Assembly: GCA_042576225.1 (NCBI GenBank)
Contig: JBHPCA010000002.1
Coordinates: forward strand, 529 to 64,528
Length of the DNA stretch: 64,000 nucleotides
Direction: 5' to 3'
From: Candidatus Babelota bacterium
GTDB taxonomy: Bacteria; Babelota; Babeliae; Babelales; Vermiphilaceae
A model generated the notes under the pieces. It had not been told where the DNA came from. It searched no databases and worked only from the letters and a program-made list of their open reading frames with translations. This document shows, piece after piece, positions 9,670 through 18,395 of the stretch. Position 1 is the stretch's first letter. The number at the start of each line of letters is the position of its first letter. Position numbers and translations under genes: made by a program.

Positions 9670-10992
9670 TTAAAAACGTCCAAACTTCTTAAAAAGTTTA
9701 GCATATTGCTGACTTTGTTCAAATCTCTGCAACAAAGTATTTACATCTTCTACTCTTGCCCCTGCCCCTTTTGCTATTCTCTGCTTGCGCGAGCCATCTA
9801 AAAGTTTCGGATAATAACGTTCTTTCGGCGTCATCGAACTTATTATAGCTTTAAACTTTTTCACCTCTACTTCACCTTTTTGCATCATTTCTGGTGAAAT
9901 TTTCATACCTGAAGCACCAGGAATGTATTTCATTATCTTGGAAAGCGATCCAAGCCGACCAACCATATCCATCTGATTGGCAAAATCTTGCAGATTCATT
10001 TTACCGCTTGAAAATGCTCTATGAAGCGACTCTTGCTCACTCTGTTTAATTTTTTCCTCAGCCTTTTCAACCAAAGATAAAATATCACCCATGCCCAAGA
10101 TTCTATCAGCTACCCTCTTGGGCCTAAACTGTTCTAGATCTTCTATCTTTTCACCAACACCCACAAAAGATATTGGCTTTTGCAACTCATACCTAAAGGC
10201 AAACGCAGCACCACCACGAGTATCACTATCCATTTTTGTCAATATTGCTGAATTGAACGGCACACTTTCATCAAACGCCTTTGCCACACTCAAAGACTCT
10301 TGCCCCGTCATGGAATCAAGCACCAATACTTTGTACTTAGGTTTTGCATATCGATCTATTTGCTTAAGCTCATCAAGCATATTGGCGTCTACGTGCAATC
10401 TTCCTGCGGTATCCAAAAATATAATTTCAAATCTATTCTGTTTTGCATAATCACTGATCTCTCTTGACGCCTGCACAGGATCTGTACTTGAAGCTCTATA
10501 AAACGCAACACCCACCTGTTTTGCCAAAACCTCCAACTGGTCAACCGCAGCAGGCCTGTAAAAATCTACCGATGCCAATAAAATCTTTCTTTTCTTTCCT
10601 CTTTTTTGAGCCTGTTTTTCAACGAATTTTGCCATCTTTGCAATTGTAGTCGTCTTACCAGAACCCTGCAAACCCATAACCATCACAATCGAGGGTATCT
10701 GCAAAATAAACGTTGCCTCATCCCCTTGAGCCCCCAAAAAATACAACAGTTTATCATGCACTACTTTTACAAACTGTTCACCAGGCTTCAAAGACTTAAC
10801 AACTTTTTTCCCTACCAACTCTTTTTTTATACTTTCTGTAAACTCATCAACTAACTTATAGGGCACATCCGCTTGCAAAAGAGCGTCTTTAACCTTAGCA
10901 ATAGCCTCTTGCAAGTTATCTTCAGAAAGATACCCTTTGCCTGTCAAACGTGAAAAGATTGAAGAAAATTTATCAGACAAAAAATCAAACAT
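9670..10992 (-). CDS. ffh: signal recognition particle protein Ffh
   Basis: NG domain (GLQGSGKTTT, DTAGRL, TKMDSDTRGG) and a Met-rich M domain (GMGDILSLVEKA). Confidence 0.95.
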   Translation of the reverse strand: MFDFLSDKFSSIFSRLTGKGYLSEDNLQEAIAKVKDALLQADVPYKLVDEFTESIKKELVGKKVVKSLKPGEQFVKVVHDKLLYFLGAQGDEATFILQIPSIVMVMGLQGSGKTTTIAKMAKFVEKQAQKRGKKRKILLASVDFYRPAAVDQLEVLAKQVGVAFYRASSTDPVQASREISDYAKQNRFEIIFLDTAGRLHVDANMLDELKQIDRYAKPKYKVLVLDSMTGQESLSVAKAFDESVPFNSAILTKMDSDTRGGAAFAFRYELQKPISFVGVGEKIEDLEQFRPKRVADRILGMGDILSLVEKAEEKIKQSEQESLHRAFSSGKMNLQDFANQMDMVGRLGSLSKIMKYIPGASGMKISPEMMQKGEVEVKKFKAIISSMTPKERYYPKLLDGSRKQRIAKGAGARVEDVNTLLQRFEQSQQYAKLFKKFGRF

Positions 10993-11231
10993 GCTATCAG
11001 CCTCTCTAATTCTTAAGTCAAATTACATAAATTACTGCTTGGCCACTACACAAAAAACTCCTCATTAAGCAGCATCTTGGCAAAAAACAGAACCTAAAAC
11101 ATTATGTTTTTGCAAAAAATAGCTCAAGAAAAGAGGTAGATAGCACCCTTTATAATTAAAATATTAGCCCAAAAACCAAAAAAAATCAATTTTTATTGTA
11201 GACTAAGACTTTTCGAAACAACAAATCTCTC

Positions 11232-11259
11232 TTGACAAATAGAAAACTTCTGTTATCCT
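11232..11259 (+). promoter_or_regulatory. candidate sigma70-type promoter upstream of hflX
   Basis: TTGACA (11232-11237), 16-nt spacer, TATCCT (11254-11259). Confidence 0.3.
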
Positions 11260-11350
11260 AATTAGTGTATAGCTATTTGGATCACAATAGTGTATATATT
11301 AATAGATATAATTAAAAATAAGTATTATACGGTTATTATGGGTGATTATT

Positions 11351-12553
11351 ATGAAACATAGAAAAGTAGCAACCAATCCAATTCACACTCCCAAAACGGC
11401 TTTGCTAGGCGTACACGCACCTTACAACCGGATCAAAAACATACAATCCTACTATGAGGAGTTTGTTAATCTAGTCAGATCAAACGAGCTTGCTCATGAT
11501 GAAGAAGTATACATGAAAATAAGGGATGTTAACCCGGTATATTTTTTGACTAAGGGAAAACTTCAGGAGCTAAAGGATTTTTGCGAAAAAAACGAGATAG
11601 AGCAACTTATCATATCAGAGCCATTATCGTCTCAACAAGAAAAAAATCTAAGTGATTACCTTGGATGCAACGTTTGCGACAGAACACAACTGATATTAGA
11701 GATTTTTGAAAAACATGCTCATTCTGCCGAAGGTAAAACCCAGGTAGAAATTGCTATGCTCAGACACCAAAAAACTCGCCTCGCAGGCAAAGGAATTCAC
11801 ATGTCTCAGCAAAGCGGTATTACAGGTAAAATAGGTGGCCCAGGTGAAACAGCAAAAGAAAGAGAAACCCGAGATATAAACCAACAGATATCTACATTAA
11901 AAAAGAGATTAGAAAAATTAAAAAAAGTAAGAGAAACACAACGAAAAAACAGATTTAGAACCAATGTTCCCAATATATGCCTCATCGGCTACACAAACGC
12001 TGGAAAATCAACAATCTTAAATACTTTGACAAAAAGCAAGGTCCTTGCTGAAGACAAATTATTCGCCACATTGGACACAACAACACGAGAGCTTTACATT
12101 GGCGGCAAAAAAAAGGGAATATTGTCTGACTCTGTTGGGTTTATTCAACAGCTTCCACACAATCTCATCGACGCATTCAAATCTACGTTAGACGAACTCC
12201 AATATGCAGATCTTCTACTGCATGTCATAGACATATCTGATCCAAACTGGGAAATGCACACACGAATTGTTAATGATATTTTGCAAGATTTAAATATAGA
12301 AAAAGATATTCTTTACATCTTCAATAAATCTGACAAAATAGATGGCATAATACCAAAACCCCTATTCGATACTAAGCCAGATATTGAACAAGATAGTGAG
12401 CCTCATGACTCAGAAAGCAACCTTTTGCTTGAGCAGGTCAAGAGATATAACCCTTACGTTTTGACATCGGCAAAGTCCAAAGATGGGGTTAAAGATCTTG
12501 TAAATTATTTATCAACCTGGAAAAGAAGCAACAAACAAAAAAATAAGGGATAA
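11351..12553 (+). CDS. hflX: GTPase HflX
   Basis: HflX N-domain, then G motifs GYTNAGKST, DTTT, SDSVGF and NKSD. The track ORF starts at GTG 11342; ATG at 11351 is preferred. Confidence 0.88.
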   Translation: MKHRKVATNPIHTPKTALLGVHAPYNRIKNIQSYYEEFVNLVRSNELAHDEEVYMKIRDVNPVYFLTKGKLQELKDFCEKNEIEQLIISEPLSSQQEKNLSDYLGCNVCDRTQLILEIFEKHAHSAEGKTQVEIAMLRHQKTRLAGKGIHMSQQSGITGKIGGPGETAKERETRDINQQISTLKKRLEKLKKVRETQRKNRFRTNVPNICLIGYTNAGKSTILNTLTKSKVLAEDKLFATLDTTTRELYIGGKKKGILSDSVGFIQQLPHNLIDAFKSTLDELQYADLLLHVIDISDPNWEMHTRIVNDILQDLNIEKDILYIFNKSDKIDGIIPKPLFDTKPDIEQDSEPHDSESNLLLEQVKRYNPYVLTSAKSKDGVKDLVNYLSTWKRSNKQKNKG

Positions 12554-12555
12554 AT

Positions 12556-12981
12556 ATGAAAAAAACAACAATCACTCTCTTTTCACTATATTTCTTGCTT
12601 TATTTTACCAATACCGCAGCCATGTACACATATGAAACTTATAAAACAAAAACCAAACAAGTAACTCAAGCAAACTATCCTCGCTTTTATAGAATTTATG
12701 AAAAAAGTAAAAATAATAAAACAGCAAAAAAATTCTTTATAACCATTAGTTTTAAAGAAAAGTTTATTGAAGATTTGAAACGCATATCAAAAGACAAAAA
12801 CGTTGCAAACATAAAAAAAATCAATCCACACTTATTGCAGTACATTATAAAAAAAGACGACGAAGAACTAGCTTCAAATATCGATAAGGCTCTATTGATA
12901 ATAGAAACACGCAAACTCTTTAAAAAGAAAAACAAAGAAAGCTCCAAACCTTTATGTATTTGCAAATCTTTTTTCAAATAA
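12556..12981 (+). CDS. hypothetical secreted Lys-rich protein
   Basis: Signal-like N-terminus MKKTTITLFSLYFLLYFTNTAA. No recognisable domain. Confidence 0.4.
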   Translation: MKKTTITLFSLYFLLYFTNTAAMYTYETYKTKTKQVTQANYPRFYRIYEKSKNNKTAKKFFITISFKEKFIEDLKRISKDKNVANIKKINPHLLQYIIKKDDEELASNIDKALLIIETRKLFKKKNKESSKPLCICKSFFK

Positions 12982-13029
12982 ATAAAGCGTTTTACACGTA
13001 TAACTTAATAATCTTCTTTAATTTTTTTG

Positions 13030-13058
13030 TTTACAGTTTATCCTTTTTGTAGTATCAA
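13030..13058 (+). promoter_or_regulatory. candidate promoter upstream of the TPR-glycosyltransferase cluster
   Basis: TTTACA (13030-13035), 17-nt spacer, TATCAA (13053-13058). Confidence 0.25.
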
Positions 13059-13120
13059 CTATTTTAACTATTAATTATGTAACAATTATTTTAAAACTAG
13101 ATACGTCAAAGGGGTACGTT

Positions 13121-15268
13121 ATGAAGCACAAAAAGGGAGTCTTCTCACTCGCAACTTGCATATTTTTTGCATCAATTATTTTTTCTTTGCAAACTTACTG
13201 TAGCGAAGGTGAAAATAAACAGTGTTACGAGCTAGCCGAAAAATATAAAAAGGAAGGCAATAATTCACAGGCAATCTATTATTATAAAAAAGCCTTGGAA
13301 CATAAACCAAATCATTTGAGAACAATATTTGCGCTTGGAAGTCTTTTATACTCTGAAAGTAAATTTAATGAAGCACTTGAGTGCTTTGAAAAAGCCGAAA
13401 CGCTATACCCAAACTCTGCACAAATATACTTTAATCAATCTCTATGCCATATGCAGAAAAAAGATACCGACAAAACAATAGAATGCTTAAAAAAAGCAAT
13501 AGAGAAAAACCCGGACTATAAAAAAGCCTATAATCAACTTGGTTCAATTTTACATAAAAATAAACGGGATAAAGAGGCAATAGAATATCTTAAAAAATCT
13601 TTAGATAAAACCCCAAATGCATACAACACAATATTTTTACTGGCTAAATGCTTACGAAATGTGGATAATCTGGAATCTGCAAAAGAATATTTTATAAAAG
13701 CTCATAAACTAAAGCCTGAAAGCACTATTGCCATGATAGAACTTGCAAATACCTATAACATGTTGCACCAGCCAGAAAAGGCTGCTGAGCTGTACAAAAA
13801 AGTGTTAGAAATAAACCCTAATCAAATGGCCACAAAATATAATCTCGGTTATACACTTAAAAAAATGGGGCGTGTAGATGAAACAATTAAAATTTACAAA
13901 GAAATTTTAAAAGAAAAACCTGATTACGCACAGGCACAGTTTAGCCTTGCTTTGGCCTACCTTGTTTTAGGCGACTTTCAACAGGGCTGGGAAACATATG
14001 AATGGCGATGGAAGGCATATAAAGAAAACAAAAGAACATTTGACAAGCCTATGTGGGATGGCAGCAATCCTCGAGGCAAAACCATTTTATTATATGCAGA
14101 ACAAGGCCTTGGTGACACATTCCAATTTGTTCGATACGCAAAGCTACTTAAAAATATGGGCGCCACTATTATTGTTGCCGCACAAAGACCTGTCGTAAAA
14201 CTTTTACAACTTTGTAAATATATAGACGTAGTAGTCCCAAGAGGGGGGACTTTACCAAATTTTGATTACTACATTCACTTAATGAGTTTACCGTTACAAT
14301 TTAAAACAACCGTTGACACGGTCCCTGATGAAATCCCATATCTATATGCTAACCCAGAGTTAATAGATTACTGGAAAAAAGAACTTGGACCGGACAAAAA
14401 CTTTAAAATTGGTATCTGTTGGCAAGGAAATAAGGGGTACAGAAGCCAAGCATTAAAACATGCCGTTGCTGCAAAATCTATGCATGCCAGCATATTCAAA
14501 CCTTTGGCAGAAATTCCTGGAGTAAGTCTTTATTGTCTTCAAAAAGTAAACGGCGAAGAGCAGCTGAAAGAAATAGATTTTGAAATACACACGTTTGGCC
14601 CCGATTTTGATAAATCACACGGTAGATTTATGGACACTGCTGCGTTAATTAAAAACCTTGATCTAATAGTTTCTGTTGACACTTCAGTATGTCATGTCTC
14701 AGCGGCATTGGGAGCGCAAGTCTGGACGATGCTTCCAAACCCTGCTGACTGGAGATGGATGCTGAAAACAAACAAAACTCCTTGGTATCCAAACATGAGA
14801 CTATTTAGACAAAAAGAGTATGGTACTTGGGAAAACTTAATGCAGGCAGTAAAACAAGAAGTTTGCAAATTGGTAGGCGAAAAAAACGTGAAAGCTAGTA
14901 GCATTGATGACAAAAGTAAAATTGAGGACTTGCCATTCCAGGAAACCCTCGATAAACTAATAATCTTAAAAATAAAATATGATGACTCCCAAGATCCAAA
15001 CATTGGAAAAGAACTTGAAAAAACAGAAGATCAACTAAGAAAAATGTTACTTTTATACAAGGCAAACACAGACGAACTAGACACTCTAGCTGAAAAACTT
15101 TATGATATCAACTCGCAGCTCATCTATATGGACAAACAAATTTCAAAACTAGAAGACAAATCTGTTTTAAACCCAGATTTCATAGACCTCACAAAACGTG
15201 TGCTATTAATAAATAAACTAAAACAACATGTAAAAAAAGAGATAAAAGGTATCATAAAATCTAAATAA
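13121..15268 (+). CDS. TPR-repeat / GT9-like glycosyltransferase paralog 1 with C-terminal DUF6165-like module
   Basis: Signal peptide MKHKKGVFSLATCIFFASIIFSL and multiple TPR units. GT-B-like domain motifs: GLGDTFQFVRYAK, FKIGICWQG, YCLQK, FGPDFD..GRFMDTAALIKNLDLIVSVDTSVCHVSAALG, DWRW, TPWYPNMRLFRQ. An extra tail of about 120 aa follows. Confidence 0.75.
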   Translation: MKHKKGVFSLATCIFFASIIFSLQTYCSEGENKQCYELAEKYKKEGNNSQAIYYYKKALEHKPNHLRTIFALGSLLYSESKFNEALECFEKAETLYPNSAQIYFNQSLCHMQKKDTDKTIECLKKAIEKNPDYKKAYNQLGSILHKNKRDKEAIEYLKKSLDKTPNAYNTIFLLAKCLRNVDNLESAKEYFIKAHKLKPESTIAMIELANTYNMLHQPEKAAELYKKVLEINPNQMATKYNLGYTLKKMGRVDETIKIYKEILKEKPDYAQAQFSLALAYLVLGDFQQGWETYEWRWKAYKENKRTFDKPMWDGSNPRGKTILLYAEQGLGDTFQFVRYAKLLKNMGATIIVAAQRPVVKLLQLCKYIDVVVPRGGTLPNFDYYIHLMSLPLQFKTTVDTVPDEIPYLYANPELIDYWKKELGPDKNFKIGICWQGNKGYRSQALKHAVAAKSMHASIFKPLAEIPGVSLYCLQKVNGEEQLKEIDFEIHTFGPDFDKSHGRFMDTAALIKNLDLIVSVDTSVCHVSAALGAQVWTMLPNPADWRWMLKTNKTPWYPNMRLFRQKEYGTWENLMQAVKQEVCKLVGEKNVKASSIDDKSKIEDLPFQETLDKLIILKIKYDDSQDPNIGKELEKTEDQLRKMLLLYKANTDELDTLAEKLYDINSQLIYMDKQISKLEDKSVLNPDFIDLTKRVLLINKLKQHVKKEIKGIIKSK
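14917..15265 (+). other. DUF6165-like coiled module fused to glycosyltransferase paralog 1
   Basis: ETLDKLIILKIKYDD...LAEKLYDINSQLIYMDKQI...FIDLTKRVLLINKLKQHVKKEI aligns by eye with GELVDKITILQIKSENI...LATKLLVINKQLWDIEDDI...FIQLARSVYYTNDERCAVKRKIN in ORF 32349..33071. Confidence 0.55.
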
Positions 15269-15291
15269 ACAAATAGTTTTAAGGTCACATA

Positions 15292-16839
15292 ATGCAAAAG
15301 AAACTATTTTTTATCATAATTTTACTACCAACTATTTTGGGTGCGCATCAACAAAACTCGGCCCCCCACAATTTTTTTGAAAAAATTTTAAACCAAGCAA
15401 ATACACACTTTCATACACAAGAATTTGACCAAGCACTCACCTGTTATAAAAAGGCCCTTGAGATACAACCCAGCAGCGTAGAAAGCATGCTGAAAATCGC
15501 CCAAATTCTAGAGAAAAAAAATGAGCCACAGAAGGCAATAATTTACTATAAAAAAATTGTTGCCCTAGCACCAAAGTTTACATATGGGTTTTTAAAGCTA
15601 GCAAAACTACACCATATATTAAAACATTACCACGAAGCTCTCGCTTACTACAAAAAAGTTGATATGTTAAAACCAAATGACACCGCCATAATTTTTAGAA
15701 TAGCGAGTATTCAAAACGCTTTGGGAAAATGCAAAAAAGCCGCGAAAAATTTTTTAAAAATAGCAAAAATTGAACCTAAGAATATTTCAGCCCTTTACAA
15801 CACTGGTTATTCTTTAAAAGTTATGGGCGCTATTGATATGGCTATAGAACTTTATGATCAGGTATTGAAAATTAAACCAGATTATGATCTTGCCCTATAC
15901 GCAAAAGCACTAGCACTTTTATACAAAGGTGATTTTGAAAGAGGCTGGCCACTATACTCGCTTAGACTGATAAAAGAGAAGAGAAACGCACCAAAGCTAA
16001 GAAATTACATAAAAAACAATCAACTCAAAGACAAAATAATATTTCTTACCCCTGAGGGGGGATTTGGCGATACAATTCAATTTATAAGATATGCCGAAAA
16101 ACTTCATAAAAAAGGAGCTATAGTCATCGTTGCCGAAAGAAAACCTCTCATAAAACTACTGGCAAACTGTCCCTACATCGATAAACTAATTTCTACTGGC
16201 AAACGCCCAAATTTTTTCCATGATTACGCAAGCATAATGAGCCTGCCTGCAATATTTGAATCAAAAGAAGAAGATATTCCTAAACAAGTTCCATATCTTT
16301 TCCCTGACAAAAAACTGGAGAAAAAATGGCGTAAACATTTTGAAAATAATAACGCATTTAAAATTGGCTTGTGTTGGGAAGCTGACCTTAAAAATGACAA
16401 GTCTCGCCTTGCTTGCGCACACAGAAGCATACCGCTCGAAAAATTTGAAAAACTTTCCCATATTCCAAATATAGAGTTCTACAGCCTGCAAAAAAGTACC
16501 GGCTCTGATCAAATAAAAATTTTACCGGACCATTTCAAGGTAAAAACTTTTGGCCCTGACTTTGATAATTCCGCCGGCCCTTTTATGGACACCGCAGCAA
16601 TCATGAACCAACTTGACCTGGTCATAACAGTTGATACATCTGTGGCACATCTGGCAGGAGCCTTAGGGATACCAGTTTGGGTAACGCTCCCATACAACAC
16701 AGACTGGCGATGGATTGCAGGCAGAAAAGATTCCCCCTGGTATCCAACTATGAGACTTTTTAAACAAAAAGAGGCCCTTAATTGGGACCATGTTGTCGAC
16801 AATATATATTACGAATTAAAACAAAGAGTAGGCTCATGA
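15292..16839 (+). CDS. TPR-repeat / GT9-like glycosyltransferase paralog 2
   Basis: Signal peptide MQKKLFFIIILLPTILGA and TPR units. Motifs: GFGDTIQFIRYAEK, FKIGLCWEA, YSLQK, FGPDFD..GPFMDTAAIMNQLDLVITVDTSVAHLAGALG, DWRW, SPWYPTMRLFKQ. Confidence 0.75.
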   Translation: MQKKLFFIIILLPTILGAHQQNSAPHNFFEKILNQANTHFHTQEFDQALTCYKKALEIQPSSVESMLKIAQILEKKNEPQKAIIYYKKIVALAPKFTYGFLKLAKLHHILKHYHEALAYYKKVDMLKPNDTAIIFRIASIQNALGKCKKAAKNFLKIAKIEPKNISALYNTGYSLKVMGAIDMAIELYDQVLKIKPDYDLALYAKALALLYKGDFERGWPLYSLRLIKEKRNAPKLRNYIKNNQLKDKIIFLTPEGGFGDTIQFIRYAEKLHKKGAIVIVAERKPLIKLLANCPYIDKLISTGKRPNFFHDYASIMSLPAIFESKEEDIPKQVPYLFPDKKLEKKWRKHFENNNAFKIGLCWEADLKNDKSRLACAHRSIPLEKFEKLSHIPNIEFYSLQKSTGSDQIKILPDHFKVKTFGPDFDNSAGPFMDTAAIMNQLDLVITVDTSVAHLAGALGIPVWVTLPYNTDWRWIAGRKDSPWYPTMRLFKQKEALNWDHVVDNIYYELKQRVGS

Positions 16840-18383
16840 AGCGACCTTATGCATTCTTAAGTTTGTTTATTTTTGCCCATATGTGCATAAAAACAAGCTC
16901 AACAACTCTCTCTCAGACGTTCACAGAGGCAAACAACTTACTTATTAATAAAAAATATACACAAGCAATAGAACTGTATAAAAAAATTATAGCGCTAAAA
17001 CCGGATGTCCCAGGATTATATTTTAACGCAGGCTATGCATGTAAACTTGCAAAAAATTACCCCGATGCAATAGCATATCTTTCCAGGGTAGTAGAAATCA
17101 AACCAAACTGGACAAAGGCCTATAGTCTTTTAGGTGAAATATACCTGGCAATAGACGAATGTGAACTTGCTTTAAAGCATTTGTATAAAGCTATTAAACT
17201 AAACCCTCAAAGTGAAAATGACCATATAAATTTTGCCTCAACACTCATAAGACAAAAAAATTACCCAGAAGCAGAAAAGTACCTCAAAAAATTTGTAAAA
17301 AAATTCCCTAAAAATACAATTCTCACGTATAACCTTGCCTACATCCTTAGAATACAAGGCAAAGAGAAAGAGGCTATCCCTTACTATTTACAAGCACTTG
17401 AAACCGATCCAAGCTTTGATACTGCTCGCTTAGGAATAGCAAAAGCCTATCTTGCAACCGGACAACTTAAAAAAGGCTGGAACTATTTTGAATATCGCTT
17501 TCAAAACAACAAAATATCACACAAAAAATTTGATCATCATACTCTTGTTCCTGCTGACCTTACAAATAAAACGGTATTATTAAAATATGAGTGGGGCCTT
17601 GGTGATATGATGCAATTTATCAGATACGCAAAGTTGATCAAAAGCTATGGCGCAACTATTTTGGTAAGCATACAAAAACCATTACAAAAATTATTTTCTC
17701 TCTGCCCTTATATAGACAAAATTGTTAATGTTGGCGACCGCGTTCCAAAAATCGATTACAAAATTCCAATATTAAGTTTGCCGCTACTTTTCAATACCAC
17801 ACTGGAAACTATACCTGCAAATATCCCATATCTTTACGCAGATGAAAAACTAATCTCTCTCTGGAGAAATAAACTGTCACACAACAAAAACTTCAAAGTT
17901 GGTATATGCTGGCATGCAAAGCCTATATTCTTAGAAAATAACTATTTAACTAGACGCACCGTACCACTAAAAGATTTCGAACCCCTTGCAAACATAAAAA
18001 ATACAACTTTGTACAGCCTACAAAAAATATATGGACTTGAAGAATTGGATAATCTCCCTGATAATTTTAACATAGCTACTTTTGGCCCAGACTTTGATGA
18101 AACAAACGGAAGATTTATGGACACAGCAGCGCTCATTGAAAATTTAGACCTGGTCATAACTGCTGATACATCAATTGTCCATATTGCAGGAGCACTGGGA
18201 AAACCAGTTTGGATATTGGTACCCTATGTTGCTGAATGGCGATGGTTACAAAAAAGCAATCGCACACCATGGTATCCAAAAGCTCGTCTTTTTAGGCAAA
18301 AGCAGCCATCTGACTGGACCCATGTAATCAAAGAAGTAACAAAAGAACTCGAAAAACATATAAATAATAACCCTCAAAAGTAA
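16836..18383 (+). CDS. TPR-repeat / GT9-like glycosyltransferase paralog 3
   Basis: ATG at 16836 overlaps the previous TGA (ATGA) and gives signal peptide MKRPYAFLSLFIFAHMC. Motifs: GLGDMMQFIRYAK, FKVGICWHA, YSLQK, FGPDFD..GRFMDTAALIENLDLVITADTSIVHIAGALG, EWRW, TPWYPKARLFRQ. Confidence 0.75.
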   Translation: MKRPYAFLSLFIFAHMCIKTSSTTLSQTFTEANNLLINKKYTQAIELYKKIIALKPDVPGLYFNAGYACKLAKNYPDAIAYLSRVVEIKPNWTKAYSLLGEIYLAIDECELALKHLYKAIKLNPQSENDHINFASTLIRQKNYPEAEKYLKKFVKKFPKNTILTYNLAYILRIQGKEKEAIPYYLQALETDPSFDTARLGIAKAYLATGQLKKGWNYFEYRFQNNKISHKKFDHHTLVPADLTNKTVLLKYEWGLGDMMQFIRYAKLIKSYGATILVSIQKPLQKLFSLCPYIDKIVNVGDRVPKIDYKIPILSLPLLFNTTLETIPANIPYLYADEKLISLWRNKLSHNKNFKVGICWHAKPIFLENNYLTRRTVPLKDFEPLANIKNTTLYSLQKIYGLEELDNLPDNFNIATFGPDFDETNGRFMDTAALIENLDLVITADTSIVHIAGALGKPVWILVPYVAEWRWLQKSNRTPWYPKARLFRQKQPSDWTHVIKEVTKELEKHINNNPQK

Positions 18384-18395
18384 AGGATAAACTTC

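Noticed and set aside
10091-10450. 119-aa plus-strand ORF within ffh, with neighbours at 10464-10649 and 10606-10854.
   Set aside because: Antisense to a highly conserved Ffh NG domain, with no start context or recognisable motifs.
16782-16835. Upstream extension of glycosyltransferase paralog 3 (MGPCCRQYILRIKTKSRL) as given in the ORF track.
   Set aside because: It overlaps the end of paralog 2. Starting at ATG 16836 (ATGA overlap) gives a signal peptide matching the other paralogs.
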